A model generated the notes under the pieces. The model worked only from the letters and a program-made list of their open reading frames with translations. It was not told the DNA's origin and did no database searches. Below, piece by piece: positions 25,547-39,010 of a stretch of DNA of 64,000 nt. Both the position numbers and the translations under genes were made by a program. The number at the start of each line of letters is the position of its first letter. The first letter of the stretch is position 1. The DNA comes from Blasia pusilla (taxonomy: Eukaryota): NCBI GenBank assembly GCA_050084515.1, contig CM114271.1, positions 36,394,001-36,458,000 on the forward strand. Reading direction: 5' to 3'.

Positions 25547-28500
25547 TGTCACATTTGAGTAGCTGATAGGTCAAGATCTATCGTGGATAGGGAGTAGGAT
25601 CCAGCGGACTATCTTGAGTGTAACTTTGTCCCACGGTTTCGGATGAGGTTGAGGATAGGTCCATTGTGTCAGGAACGTCGTTTCTGAGAACTTTCCTATT
25701 GAGGTCTTTCACAGCCGGGTGACTTGTTAATCAGGTCACCCGCCACTAGTAACTTGTGCGTGCAGGTTACCAAGGGGATGGCTATTTTTGGGAGAAGAGC
25801 CTTTTGGCTCTTCCCACCACTATATAAGAGAGGAAGATGGCTTTCCTAAGCCATCTTTCTCATGTTGGGCTGTTGGAGCACCTCTCTTGTATGTGTGTGA
25901 GATAGGACTAGGATGCTAGCGTCCGAATTCCTTGATAGCACAGGGTGGATAAGGCTCGATATGTCGATGTAGATTGAAGAGTGGAGTTTTAGGCTAGGTG
26001 TGTCGTTTTTACTACTCTTTATTTTTATATGAGAAAGATACGGGTGCGGGCCATTTTGGATCCCCCCATATGATGTGGTTGGGAGCGCCATGGTTGGCAA
26101 CGTCCCAACGTGGTACACACCGGATGTGGTAGGTATGGACGTGGTTAGTCAGACGGACATAGTGAGGCAAGGTCGACTTGGTAGAGGCGCGGGTAATGTC
26201 GTAGATGGGCTGACATGGTTGAGTTCAGACGGAGTTGAGTAAGATTACGGGATGCGTGTGGGGATGGGCGGAGAGGTTTGCGTGACATGATATTTTTTGG
26301 GCTTGAGTGGGATTTGCGAGTAGGGTTTCACGCTGATCTTGTGGGAGGTTTGACATGTGTGCAAGGAGGTGGTTGTGCTATGGAGGTTGTCATGCCACAC
26401 GTATGGAGTGAGTGTTGAGAGTACGTAGGTTGGAGGGCGTAATCAGGTTACCCATTCGAGTCCCTTTTCCCGCACTTGTCGTGTGTGATTGAGAGTGTTG
26501 GGTATCAGGTAGTAGGTGATGCTAGATGGATGCACTGATGGTGACGAGTGTAGACACTTTTCATGTGTAGCATGTTGGTGGATCTACGGCGGTTGCCGAG
26601 TAGGGGTCGCGTGTATGACTTGAGAGGGTGTCGCTAGGTTAGGTGAGTTAGTTGGGATGCTCATGGTGAGCCCGAGTGTTGAGTGTACGTGAGGTCGGGT
26701 GTGTCATCACGGGATTGACGTTAGCATAGATAAGCTAGTGAGGATTGTGAGAGACTCTCGGTGAGTCTAAGTTCTTGAGCGGGTGAGACAAGGTTGTCAT
26801 CACGGCGTTCTTCCAGGGTTCGAAAGAACAGGGTTGTGCGAGCAGTAGTAGTGGTGTGACACAGAGTGGACTGAGATATCGAAGGGTTACGAGTGAGGAG
26901 CTACCTCGACATCCATCCGTGGCTGAATCATCATAACTAGAGACCGTGTTTGGTGACGAGATCGTAGACGGAGGCAGTATCACTTGGCAGGAGATGGACA
27001 ACATGGGCCATCGAGGATTACGTAGTTTCTCAGGTGCAGTGGGCATCATCGACTTAGATGATTTTATCCAGGAGTTTGACACGTGGTGCAACTTCCAGGA
27101 GATACGAACCCCGACACACTTCAGCCCTTTCATGGCATGGAAGGGGTTGTTCCAGCACTTGGAGGGTCCTCCGATGGATGATTATATGGAGTTTTGATCA
27201 CTTTATTCAGTAGAGATTGATGCCTGGAGGATATATTGGGCTCTACGGTATGTGTCCACTAGTGGTCGCGAGGTATATGATGGGATCATGAGAGGAGAGA
27301 GACCCACCCCATGAGCCCGGAGACTAGATGGAGAGGAGGGCGTGAGGCGATGTGGCGAGAGACCTCTGGTGGTAGAGGGTGGCACAGTGGAGTTCTTCCG
27401 AGCTTGGGGAAGAGCTACAGTATGCACTGTGACAAGTGAAGAGTCTACAAGATTTTTAGCAATGATCGGGTGAGAGTGAGAGAGGCATTCACGCCCATGA
27501 GGAGGTGATCATTTCTATGTATGGAGGAGTGAGGCGTAAGTTAGTCCAAGATTGGATGCGGGGTTCTAGACCGAGAACACAGAGGAGAGTCCAAGATACG
27601 GTGGTCGATTCACAAATGGGCCCACATTGAAGGTGGTCTTTGAGTTGTTAGCGTATTGAGCTCAACATGAGTGTAGGTAGTGACCGCTAGATTTTCTGAG
27701 AGTCGAGACGGGTTGACCCCATAGGTGCCACAACGAGCACCAATACCACGGAGTGGGCCAGTGTGCCTAGAGAGAAGGCGGGTACCGTGAGCCTATGAGG
27801 CAACGGACATATGTTGTGTGGAGGGGTAGGCAGAGAGAGCGCCCACAACATGGGAGAGGACCATGAGCGCCTCGATTGCGAGTGCGGGTGTCTATTGCCA
27901 TAGATATGGTCACACTAGGGATAGATGTTTTGACCTTTGCCAAGAGGCACGCCCAGAGGTAGGCCGAGGGGGGGCGGTCATCTAGAGGAGGTCGGGAGTT
28001 CTTCTTAGGCGTGGTGGTTGTGGGAGATGGAGCAGAGCACCACAACCGACACTTCTCTCACATCGATCGGTTGGTGGGGAGGATTTTGCCATGAAGATGA
28101 TGTCGGGAAAGGCGGAGCCAGCGGCTAGTGTGGCTCTAGCTTCTGGACCGGGTGAGGATCTTGCATTAAACTCGAGGTTGAGGTGGTCGGTGATGACTTG
28201 GGGTGTTGAGAGGCAACCGAGCCCGAGAGGTGGAGTTGAGATCCTACGTTAGGTCATTCACATTGAGCTAGAGTATTTCGCTTGGTTAGTCCGATGGAGA
28301 CAAGATCGGTCGCCCTACTTGATTTGGGGGTGATATTAGGGAAGGCGGCGTGTCTAGCGTTGGGGTTACGGAAGGCCGACATTGAGCCTTGTCCCTTCCA
28401 GATACACACCTCTATTGGGGGTGTATCACCCACGTAGTATATGACTTGAGAGGAGATAGTTGTCAGAGTCCATCCAGAGCGTGCGACCGATAGTGCTATG

Positions 28501-29361
28501 GTACGCACACGTGCGATTACGACACCAGTTGAGTCGTACGATGTGTTGGTGGGGAGTGCATTGTTATATCCCCTAGGATTCATCCTTGACTTATGGGAGG
28601 AGATCGTTTCTTATCGGTCAGGGTGGCGATCAGGTGACGGGCGGATGAGTAAGTTATCCATGCAGTTCGCAAGACGAGGTGGTCGAGCACGAAATGGGTC
28701 TATGACCACGTTGGCAGCTTTCACTTGTAGTGTTAGCTGGCCATGAGAGTTGTTGGAGGGGAACGCACATGCGGAGGATGTTGTAGTAGCGGATAGTCCC
28801 ACGGAGAGACACGCCAAGGCGGGTGTCTCTTCCCATGTTGGCGAGACCTCTTCATCATTGTGGGATACAACTCGAGAGCTACAGAGGAGTGTCGAAGACC
28901 TCGTGAGGCAGGCATGGAGTCATGCCTTTATCCTAGAGCAGCGAGAGTCAAGTGGCAATCGGGCTCCTGGAGTGAAGACGTTGACCCCATTGGATACCAC
29001 ACCCGTTGTGTGGCAGTGTCCAGAGGAGGGTGTTAGGGTGTTAGATCTCATAGGAGGGATTAGCACCGGATTGGCTTAATATAGCAGGCACGCATACGGA
29101 TGCATCAGTACCTTTATATGGAGAGAGATGAGACCACACAATGAGTGTCACTACGTCACGTAGCGAGATTGGTCCAGAGGTATCATGAGTTGTTGTCGGT
29201 ATCTGCAGTATGGGGATATTAGCACACACTACCCGCCAACATCTCTTTGGTGGGGACGTAGTGTCTGGATAGAGTTGGCACCATTCATTTGGTGATTGTT
29301 GGATGGCCATGTCAGGGTCATTCATCAACTGGCCGAGGATTTAGATTGCAGGATCCGAGGT

Positions 29362-29364
<3 letters not shown>
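25547..29364 (+). mobile_element. Degenerate Ty3/Gypsy element, family 2, 5' part: LTR 'B' segment (~25547-26027), gag, protease and start of a DNMT3-like domain
   Basis: LTR segment homologous to 32917-33377. Gag DLDDFIQEFDTWC..LFQHLEGPPMDDY; protease-region YDVLVG; VLDLIGGISTGLA and IVGWPCQGH..LQDPRS. Homologous at protein level to the element at 43365-52643. Confidence 0.85.

Positions 29365-29441
<77 letters not shown>
29365..29441. repeat. (AG)n microsatellite, ~38 units
   Basis: Directly visible. Confidence 0.98.
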
Positions 29442-29444
<3 letters not shown>

Positions 29445-30439
29445 GGCATGTTTGAGATTTTTTGTAAGTAGCCTAAAGTTGGAGAAATCTCCAACGCAAC
29501 CTCCGCACCCTAAATGCGATCAAAGAGTTGTAAACGAAAGACAAGCAAGCTTTCTCCAGAAAAGAGGCACGAATTCGGGCAGGAAGGGAGATGCACATTC
29601 AATGAGGCAGAACTCTTCAATGCCCTACCGTCTCAAGGAGCAAAAGCAACGCAAGGAGGAGGTCGTCTAAGGCATGAGGACTCCAGTTCCCGTGCATTTG
29701 GACACTTAGCACTCAGAGGACTCTAGTTCCATCAAGGGAAGGGAAAAGGGGGTCAGGGAGGGAAGAAGATAAATGAAATTAAATAAAAATATACCTCACA
29801 AGGATAAAGGTTCAAACGGGAAAGGAAGGGGAGGAGGGAGGGGAAGCTTCAAAGAGGAAAGGTTATGAAGACTTATCCTACACAAAAGAATAATGGAGGA
29901 AAGAGAAAGAAAGGAGAGGGAAGGGCATTCTTTCACCAAGGGAATGTTATGTTCATTGCGTATTTTTAAATCTGTCCTCGAACCTCGAACTCCTTGGGAA
30001 AAAATTATCTTGGCTCGCGGCACAAAGGTCCATCTTCTAAAAAAGTTTCATGATGTATGGATCACTAACGGTAAAGTTCCTCCAACATGTAGCATCGAGT
30101 GCTCACTTATAAACATTTCCAACCGTTAAAATCACTTCAACAGTTTCGATCTGAAGCTCGAAATCCTTGGGGAAAAAATGATCCTAACTCTCAACAATGT
30201 GTTGTATCATCTCAAAGAAATTGTATATTTATGGATAACCAGGGAAGAAGTTTTTCCAAAATGAAGCATTCAGACAAAGAACCATGGTCTTCCAACTTTT
30301 TTTCTTGTTGGTGGTGTTAATATTTCCTTTGGTTCTCACTTACAAATTTTTCCAATCGCTGGATGAAGCTGAAACTTTGCAAGAATGGGTATATCACATC
30401 TTCAAATCACTTCAACGGTTCCGGTCTTGTTTCCCCAGA

Positions 30440-31205
30440 TTCAATTTTAATTAGATTTTTTTTTCTACTAGCATCAGCTTCCATTTTTCACTCCCTCCTT
30501 GAAGCTGCATTCACCCTGAATAAATTCACCAAGCCTAGAACCCTAATTTCACATGCCTAGGAGAAGTTTCAGGCTTCATTAGTCCTTAGGACTCCACTTG
30601 TGGCCTCTTATGATGTTGAGTTACTGTTCTTACCGACATCTCCATTGAGTTGTATCTTCCCACCATTGGATGGCCCTCAGACTTTTAGGGTTATGGGAAA
30701 CATGCTTTTGAAGTGTATGGACGATGGTCCTAAATGCCTCCTCCCACCGTTGGATGGAGCTCAACATCTGCTAGGATATGTTTAACACCCTTTTAAACCA
30801 CTTGAACGGTTCCGCTCAGGATTTTCCATTTTCCAATTTGGATTTAAAAATACCAATCATCGGAACCATCTTCTATTTTTTACTCCCTTCTTGGAGCTGC
30901 ATTCACCTTGAAAAAATCCACCAGGCCTCCGGCCCTAATTTTACATTTCCTCGAAAAGTTTCAAGATTTTTGAGTCACAAGGACTCCACTTGTGGCCTCT
31001 TATGATGCCGAGTTACTGTTCTTGGCGACATCTCCAATGGATTGTATCTTCCTACCATTGGATGCTTTGATTTTTCTTTTCCATTTACATTTTGGATTTA
31101 AAATTACCGATCACGAGAATCATCTTCCATTTTTTACTGTGTCCTTGGAGGTGCATTCACCTTGAGAAATTTCATCAAGCCTAAAACCCTAATTTCACAT
31201 GCCAT
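30440..31205. repeat. Imperfect direct repeats (2-3 copies of a ~200-bp block)
   Basis: ggactccacttgtggcctcttatgatg..gagttactgttctt at ~30589 and ~30981; gctgcattcacc.tga..aaatt..cca.gcct...ccctaattt.aca at ~30504, ~30896 and ~31150. Confidence 0.75.
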
Positions 31206-31779
31206 GGGAAAAAAATAATCTAGGGTCTCGGCACTGAGTCCCATCTTTGTGAAAATTTACATAATTTATGGATGTTTGGATATTAGCTTTAATATCTATT
31301 TATGACTAGATTAAACACTACTTATATTGTTAATATTATGTGTTGAAATTATTCCATATTTTTGATGCCCTATTAAGTGATAGAAAATTTACAATATTTA
31401 GTGGATTCCTTTATTAATTATCCAAGGAATTTTTTAATTAATCAATTAATTTTTCATATTTTAATGACATATTTTCATTGTACCTCCTAAGGCTGGTTTT
31501 GTGGGCATATCGATATTTTTTTATTTAATATTTTCCAAATTATATTTTCTAGCATACATGTGTGAGAAAATGACTCAGATCAGTGAATGAGTCACGAGAT
31601 ATGAGTAGAACATGACTAAGTCATTTCTAATACTATTTGAGTTGTTATATTATGAGTGATTTGGTTTTCCAGGTCATAAAAAATGACTGAACCAATAGAG
31701 TTACACTTTGAGTCATTTTGTGCATAAGTCATTCTAAGTCAAGTCATAAAACCATAGTTTTCTTCTAGTGCCTCGGAGC

Positions 31780-33513
31780 AAGTACTCGGGACGTTCCCCA
31801 TTGAGTCATGGCATGCGACGGCGGCAAAGTTGGTAGATTTTCCAGCTCGACGGGCTATAGAGAGAGCCATGATCACACTAATTGTGGTATTGTTGGCTAA
31901 TCGAGTAGGAGTGTTTCGCTTGGTTAGTCCCATAGGTACGGTGTACCACCCGCAACGCGTCCTACTTGATTTGGGAGTGCAACCCTTGATGTTAAGGAAA
32001 GTGGCGTGTTTGGCGTTGGGTTTACAAAAGGGTGACATTGAGCGTTGTCCCTTTCATATACAGACCTCTATTGGGGGCGTATAACCCACGCAGTACATGA
32101 CTCAATAGAAGTTGGTGGTTAGACTTCAGCCAGAGTATGAGTCGGATAGTGCGATGGTGCACACTTGGGAGACTACAACATCGACAGAGTCGTATGATGT
32201 GTTGGTAGGGAGTATAGTGTTATATCCCCTTGGTTTCATTCTGGATTTTTGGGAGAAGATGCTTTCTTATCCGCCAGGGTAGCGATCAGGTGATGGACGG
32301 GTGAGCCATTTACCGGTGCTGTTTGCAGGAGTTAGTGGTGGTTGACCGCATGAGGATACGGTGACCACGTTGGCAGCATTCATAGGTGGTGTTCGCTGAT
32401 CATGAGGGTTTGGGGAGAGGAACACACATGCGGAAGACATTCCCATAGCGAATAGTCCCACGGAGAGACATGCTAGGGTGGATGTCTCTTCCCATGGTGA
32501 AGAGCTTCTTTATTATTTTTGGGGACGAGCGTTGAGATGCGTTGAGTGCAGATGAGCTCGTGAGGCAGGCGTGGAGCCGTGCCAATGTCTAGAGCAGGGT
32601 ACAAGAGTGTAAGATCTCTCCGGAGGGATCAACATGACGGGTTGCTGCAGTGTGGTAGTGTTGGGGGGATGACGGCACCGATGGTGCTAGATGTGTATAG
32701 GATAGTAGATCTTGTCGGGTACATATGTATGTGCTATCTGGAGCTAGGAGGACCCAACTGCCAGATAGAGGGGCGGTTTTGAGACTCGGTGTATATACGT
32801 GAGTATATTTGGTTTATGTGTGGATCTACTCGTATGTTGGGGAAGATCGGTGTTGTGTGTTGTGTAGATGTGACAAGCGATGTGGGTTGTGTAGCAATGT
32901 GTATGCGCACAATAGCTGTCACATCTTATTTCGACATAGATAGAGTTCTATTGCGTCGACGACATAGAGAGTCAGCGGGCTGTTCGGGTGTAACTTTGCC
33001 TCGAGATGTCGGATGAGGTTGGCGACAGGTCTGTTGTGTCGGGAAAATTGTTTATGGAGATTTCCCTATTTTGGTTTTATTCCGTTAGGTGATCTGTTGA
33101 CACATAGGTTGCCGTTGGTAGGGCTATTTTTGGGAGAAGAGCCTTTTGGCTCTTCCCAAGGGTATAAGAGTGAGGAAGATGGCTTTTCCGAGCCATCTTT
33201 CTCATGTTTAGCCTTAGGAGCACCTCTCTTGCATAGATGTGTGTGGGTGTGTAGGAGTTAGGGTGCTAGCATCCGGATTCCCTCATAGCAGTGGGTGGAT
33301 GTGGTTTGATATGCCAATGTAGATTCATGAGTGGAGTTTTAGGTCGGATGAGCCATTTTTACTACTCTTCATTTTAAGTTGTAGGACTCGGTGTATATGC
33401 CTGAGTATATTTGGTTTATGTGTGGATCTATCCCTATGTCGGGGAAAATCAGTGTATTGTGGTGTGTAGATGTGACCAGCGATGTGGGTTGTGTAGCGAT
33501 GTGTATGCGCACA
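31780..33513 (+). mobile_element. Degenerate internally deleted Ty3/Gypsy element, family 2, 3' part: protease region, PHD remnant, PPT, then A-B-A terminal repeats
   Basis: VFRLVSP..RVLLDLGVQPLML (protease region); possible PHD remnant LLQCGS..RHRWC..YICMC at ~32608-32735. PPT GATAGAGGGGCGGT 32764-32777; A 32778-32911, B 32917-33377, A 33380-33513. Confidence 0.8.
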
Positions 33514-34399
33514 ATATAGCTCTTTGCATGTAAAATTCCATAAGTATTAGATGTGGGCATAGGTTCTCTTAGATGAATGTGGAACCCACATGATGATGTA
33601 TGAATATTATTATGTGGATTCCACATTTCAAAATGTGGAACCCACATAATAATAGTTCATGGTGGAAAGCAACGCAAGGGTGGGCAAAACAATAAGGGGG
33701 AAGGGAGTGGAGGTAGGAGGAGGAAGAAACAAGAAAGTGTGGATCATGAAGGGAAGTGAGGAGGATGGGAAAGAAGGGGGAGATGGGGCCCACATGGACA
33801 AGTTCTTCTATAGGACGAACATAAGTCCACGTACATGGACATGTAAGCGTACACGTATGTAGACAGGAATTTTGTCTATATGCAATCTTGTAAATAGATG
33901 TTAGAAGAAATTTTTTTTAATGAATTTCTGAAATTTTTAAAGCTGAACACTTGTAAGTTATAATTTTAGAAAATTGATCCAATTCATTATATCGGCAACA
34001 ATTTCTCTATCATAGAATTTTATGAACATTTTTTGTTCATCATATAAATATGAATTTACACATTCCATAGAATCCCATATAAAAGTTCTTTTATGCTTAT
34101 ATGTATCTTTTGATAGAAAATAGATCATACCATTGATCTTGAAGTGCTAATATGTTTAAAATAATCTTTTTAAATGTATAAGAAAATTGATCATATCATT
34201 ATTATCATCGCTGAGTGCCTCTTTGATTTTCAATCTCCTCTCTGGTTTCACACATAACATTTTTAGAAAATCAAGTCTTGATACATATCCTTGGATAATT
34301 CAGAGTCAGTAATGGGGGCACTCAAGTTAGGGATCAAGGTTGATTTGGGGTAACTCACACCATAGAGACGCCCTTCTCAAAGTGGTCTAGGGCACTTAA

Positions 34400-34725
34400 T
34401 AAAAATGAAGTAAGTTTTTTGCAAGACTCTCAATGTATCGGATGCTTGAAAAGCGCATTGATTGAACTTAATATGTTTGCCATAGAGTCTTGGTACAGTC
34501 AAGCTTTTGCAATAGGGTTTGGGGTTTGGAATTATCCACCATGAACCCCACGTGCATCGCCTGGTAAAGACCGAGCAAGTTTTAGGCAAGAGTATCGATG
34601 TATAGGATGCTTGAAAAGCGCATTGATTACACATAATATGTTTTCCATAGAGCCTTGGTACGATCAAGCTTTTGCAATAGGGTTTGGGGTTTGGAATTAT
34701 CCATCATTAGCCCCATGTGCATCGC
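34400..34725. repeat. Tandem duplication, ~165-bp unit x2
   Basis: ggatgcttgaaaagcgcattgatt...tcaagcttttgcaatagggtttggggtttggaattatcca at 34440 and 34605. Confidence 0.85.
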
Positions 34726-35209
34726 ACGCAAACCGTCCACTATGTATATATATCCTTATATATATATAAGGAAAAACTATTTTTTATACGTTTTCCAATA
34801 GAAAAAAAATTCAGTCCTAGTCCTACCTAGTTTAGCTCGTTCGTACAAATAGTAAGTTGTATTTAAAACCATGAATCTTCATAAAAAAAATTTGCTGCCA
34901 TCCATATGAAAAAAGAGGCATGTGGAAAACACTACAAGTTTCGAGATCTAAAAAAATGAATCATAATGTGGATCAAGTGCTATGAGTAAAGTCATGAGGG
35001 ATGCATAAGATTGCCCGAATGTGGGAGCTTTTAAACTTTCATACAAATTTTCTTGTTTTCTATATAATGAAAATCTATATACTAATTGGAGGATGCAATT
35101 TTCTATAGCTACTCCTCTACATTACACGTGTCATTAGACTTCTTTCAAAAATGCCCTAAACCCTAAATTCTTGACATATATGACAAACACACAAGACATA
35201 CTTTTTTTT

Positions 35210-35213
<4 letters not shown>

Positions 35214-35255
<42 letters not shown>
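35214..35255. repeat. (TC)n microsatellite preceded by poly-T
   Basis: Directly visible. Confidence 0.95.
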
Positions 35256-35259
<4 letters not shown>

Positions 35260-36353
35260 ATGGACCATCCATGCCCTAGTGTTGAGACCCGCCCCCAATT
35301 GTCCAAGGGGAGAGTTGAGTTGGGGATCTCTTTGAGAGGACCTTATGTCAATTCAACCAACCTCTTGGACAAGAGAGATAAGTATCCTCCCATCTCCATT
35401 CTTGGCATATGCAAAGGGATATTGACAATAGGGAAGGGTCTAACATGAGAGATCGAGAGGATGCCCCATCCTCTCCATTCCTCAAAGATCCATAAAGGTG
35501 GAAGGGACATGAAAGGGAAGGAAGGTAGAAGGAGGAACCCTCCATTCTCTCGGGGGATGAGAGACAAAAAGATTGTCCCTCTCTAAAAGAACTATGGAGT
35601 TTCCGAAGGACTGCACATTTATTGTCATCTTCGGAGGGCTTGAGAAGTTGGGAGGAACCATGTAGCCTAGTGCACTCCATAATCAGAAAAGTAGTAGCAA
35701 TATAGATAGACCATGCTTCTTCTCTATATAATTCTCCATTTTATTACGTTACCAAACCCTACTAACAAATAAAAAAAAGAAATGCAAGACGATTACCTAA
35801 ACAAACCTCCTAAGAAAAGTCAAGAAGAACTCCAAAAGGGATAAGAGGTTACAACCACAAATTGTTCTCCGGATAGAAATCGAAAGGGAAACATGAAAAC
35901 TAAAATTTACACAAAAACCAGGTTAGTAATCACTTGAAACATTCATCTATACTATTATGGGAGATTCCTTTCTCGCTGTGCAAACACCTCTCCAACTGCC
36001 ACGTGGCACTGCAAGCGAACCAGGGTGTTCCATGCTTACGTCTGACGTAGTCTATTTTAGGGTTTTGTTCATAGCCGCCCTAGCCTCCTGTAACAGTTTT
36101 CCTAACAAACGTGGAATTTGGGCGCGTCTGAAGCGTACCTAGCACGTGCAACTAACTTAGGGTTTCATTTTTGGCCGCAACTTTTGTGTCAATTTTCTAT
36201 CCTTTCCGGTTTCGATCCTTCAAACCAGCGTCGTCTGATGAGATTGGCTTCTTATTTCTTGAGTAGTGAGTGCGAGGGTTTTGATTCAAACTTGACCCTA
36301 TTTATTCCCTCTTACAAATTACAGTCCCCATTTTTCTCACGAACAGTTGTTGA

Positions 36354-36825
36354 GGTAAAGTGAACTCATTCATTCACTGTCATTCATTCTCGCTGAACTT
36401 CATTTATTGCTAGATAGAGTAAGACATGTCTCTGCTTTATGAGTCTACATTGCTTTGAGCTCTATGAACTAAAATACTGAGCTCTATGTAGTTACGGATG
36501 AACATAGGAGGCTCAGTTTTCCCTGAATAAGCGGCCCTTGATGAGATCTCAAGATCAGCTTGCGCGTTCTTGACGTCCCCTACCCTGGTAAAGTGAACTC
36601 AGTCATTCACCGAGCTCTACTGTCATTCATACACGCTGAACTTCATTTATTGCTAGATAGAGTGAGACATGTCTCTGCTTTACAATTCTACATTGCTTTG
36701 AGCTCTATGAACTAAAATACTGAGCTCGGTGTAGTTGCGGATGAACATAGCACGCTCGGTTTGCCCCGATCAAGCGGCCCTTGATGTGATCTCAAGATCA
36801 GCTCCCGCGTTCTTGACGTCCCCTA
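36354..36825. repeat. Tandem duplication, ~233-bp unit x2
   Basis: ggtaaagtgaactca.tcattcac...ttcttgacgtcccctac at 36354 and 36587. Confidence 0.9.
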
Positions 36826-38454
36826 CAGCAGCAACTTTAACGAATTTTCGAGAGCTCCTACACATTCAACGTTCGCTCCATCACCTCCAGAGCTCCTCAC
36901 ATTTCGGGCAGCTTCCGACATCTACAACATCCGAAACAGCAAAGGAGTAGAACGAAAACTACCTAGAGATGGCAACAAGAATCACAGCGAAAAAGTCAAC
37001 ACAAGGGAGAGGAAAGAGTGTGTCCAAGGTAACAAGCTCGAAAAAACATTACGGTGTAAAGTCACCAGATCTCGGAGCATTGGAGAGTACAAAATGGTCT
37101 CCAATAAGTCATGGGGACTGTATGCGCTTGAGCAAATGGAACAAGTTGCACTGTGATGGTCCCACTTGGGGAGAGCCGATCACCCCCGTGCATGCACCGG
37201 GATTTGAGTATGCAATAAAGGACTCCATGCCCGCTGCAGTCCTCCCTACCGATTCCGACAAAGGGTACGATCCGAAGCCAGTTGGAGGAGAGGGAATAGA
37301 TGTTGTAGAGGAGGAAGGGACTCCTCCCTATCACATAAGGAGACCCGGCATAGAAAGGGAACATACCGAGGAGGGAGCCTCTGCTAAGAAGCGGAGAATG
37401 ACCCCCCACACTAACCGAAATCAGCAAAGCTCACCATCCAAGGGAAGGTCCGCGGTAACTCCGTAGTGCACAAAGAAATCCCCACGTAAAGGGCAGAAGG
37501 GGAAAGAAGTTGTAGTGAATATTCAGATCCATATCTGAATTTGGGATCTAGGAGAGGGTGAGCATGCCGATCAGGAGTAGAGTAAATCATTAGTCATGTA
37601 TTGCTTACTTTGAAATGAAAGCGACATAAAAGTTTTTTGAATGTCTCTGCCAACCCCTCTTTCAGTATTCAACTTGAGTACTAACTCCACCCATTTTGCC
37701 CCTACGTGTCCCAGGTGTATATGTGTAATAGGAGAGAAATAGCTTCGGAGACCAATAGCCTGGCTATCAAAAGAGAAACTGTAGCGAAGTGCTAGGGATC
37801 GGTAGCCCGTTGGGCTACCGATCCCTAGCACCCTATCGATCGGGTTGCGCTATGCCGAAAGAATGTACTATCAAACGAGCCCGACCATCAAAAGCACAGT
37901 AGCCAAACTAAATCCCCGAGACCCGATGTGCAATGTTGTGAGAGCCCGACCATGAAGAAATCCCCGAGACCCGATCTGCAAGGTTGTGAGAGCCCGACTG
38001 TCAATAGCACCCGAGTCACACAACTAGCAAGAGAGCCCGACCGTCAAAAATACCCAGAGTCGAACAAGTAGCAAGAGAGCCTAGCAAGATAACCTGAGAG
38101 TTGGAGAGTTAGGGAAAGAAGTCAATCAAGAACACCGAAGAGCAGAACCGGAAAGGGGATGAGCTTGACTGTCACAAAACCAAAACTGACCTTCAATGTG
38201 CAGATCGAGTTTGAAAGGCGATTCTCAGGGGAGATGTTCAACCACCGAGGTGTACAAGCCCGGCACGGACTGGGAGAGGGGGACTGGGACTCGGAAGCGA
38301 ATTGCAAAGCAATTTTGAGTCTGGATAGCTTGCATTCAGATCTCCAAGAGCTGCGGCAGGTTCGCTGCATTCGAAGATATTCCTGAGCGTTCGCCGAAAG
38401 GTACCCGAGTCAAAGCTAGCAAGACAGCCTAGCTCAAAGCCGAAAATGAACATT

Positions 38455-39010
38455 GCAGATCGAGTGCGCTTGAGTGTGCACGAGCCGGGAGGAGGGTGCG
38501 CTGGAGTGCTCGAGCGCGCTTGAGTGCTCGTGTCCGGACGGAGGGGCGCGCTCAAGCGCCCCTGTATAACGCACTGAGAGAGCGGGCGCCTGAGGGATCA
38601 GAGAGGAGGGCGGAGAGAGCTAGCAAGAGAGTAAATCAGCTACCTAGGGAAAGACAGACAAATTCCATCATATGAAAGGTAAGGTGCATAGTACCCAACG
38701 AAAACCCTAAACGAAAATGAGCTGAAAATGAGCCAAAAATGAGCGCACTCGAGCTCGTGCGCTCGAGTGCGCACGAGCCGGGAGGAGTTGGAGTTCTGGA
38801 GCGCACAATCCGGGAGGAGTCGGAGTTCTAGAGTGCTCGAGCCTAGCCGAAAATGAGCCGAAAATGAGCGCACTCGAGCTCGTGCGCTCGAGTGCGCACG
38901 AGCCGGGAGGAGTCGGAGTTCTGGAGTGCTCGAGCGCGCTTGAGTGCTCAAGCGTGCACGAGCCGGACGGAGGGGCTCGCTCAAGCCAGAGAGCAGACGC
39001 ACTCAGAGAG
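38455..39010. repeat. CpG-rich palindromic repeat array (CTCGAGTGCGCACGAGCCGGGAGG-like units)
   Basis: Multiple copies of ctcgagtgcgcacgagccgg(g)agg and aaaatgagc; internal palindromes such as gcgcactcgag...ctcgagtgcgc. Confidence 0.85.

Noticed and set aside
25547-33513. A single intact element spanning both family-2 pieces
   Set aside because: The pieces overlap in content (protease region present twice, diverged) and no TSD was found; treated as two copies.
37870-39010. CRISPR-like repeat arrays
   Set aside because: Eukaryotic context, no unique equal-length spacers, no cas genes.
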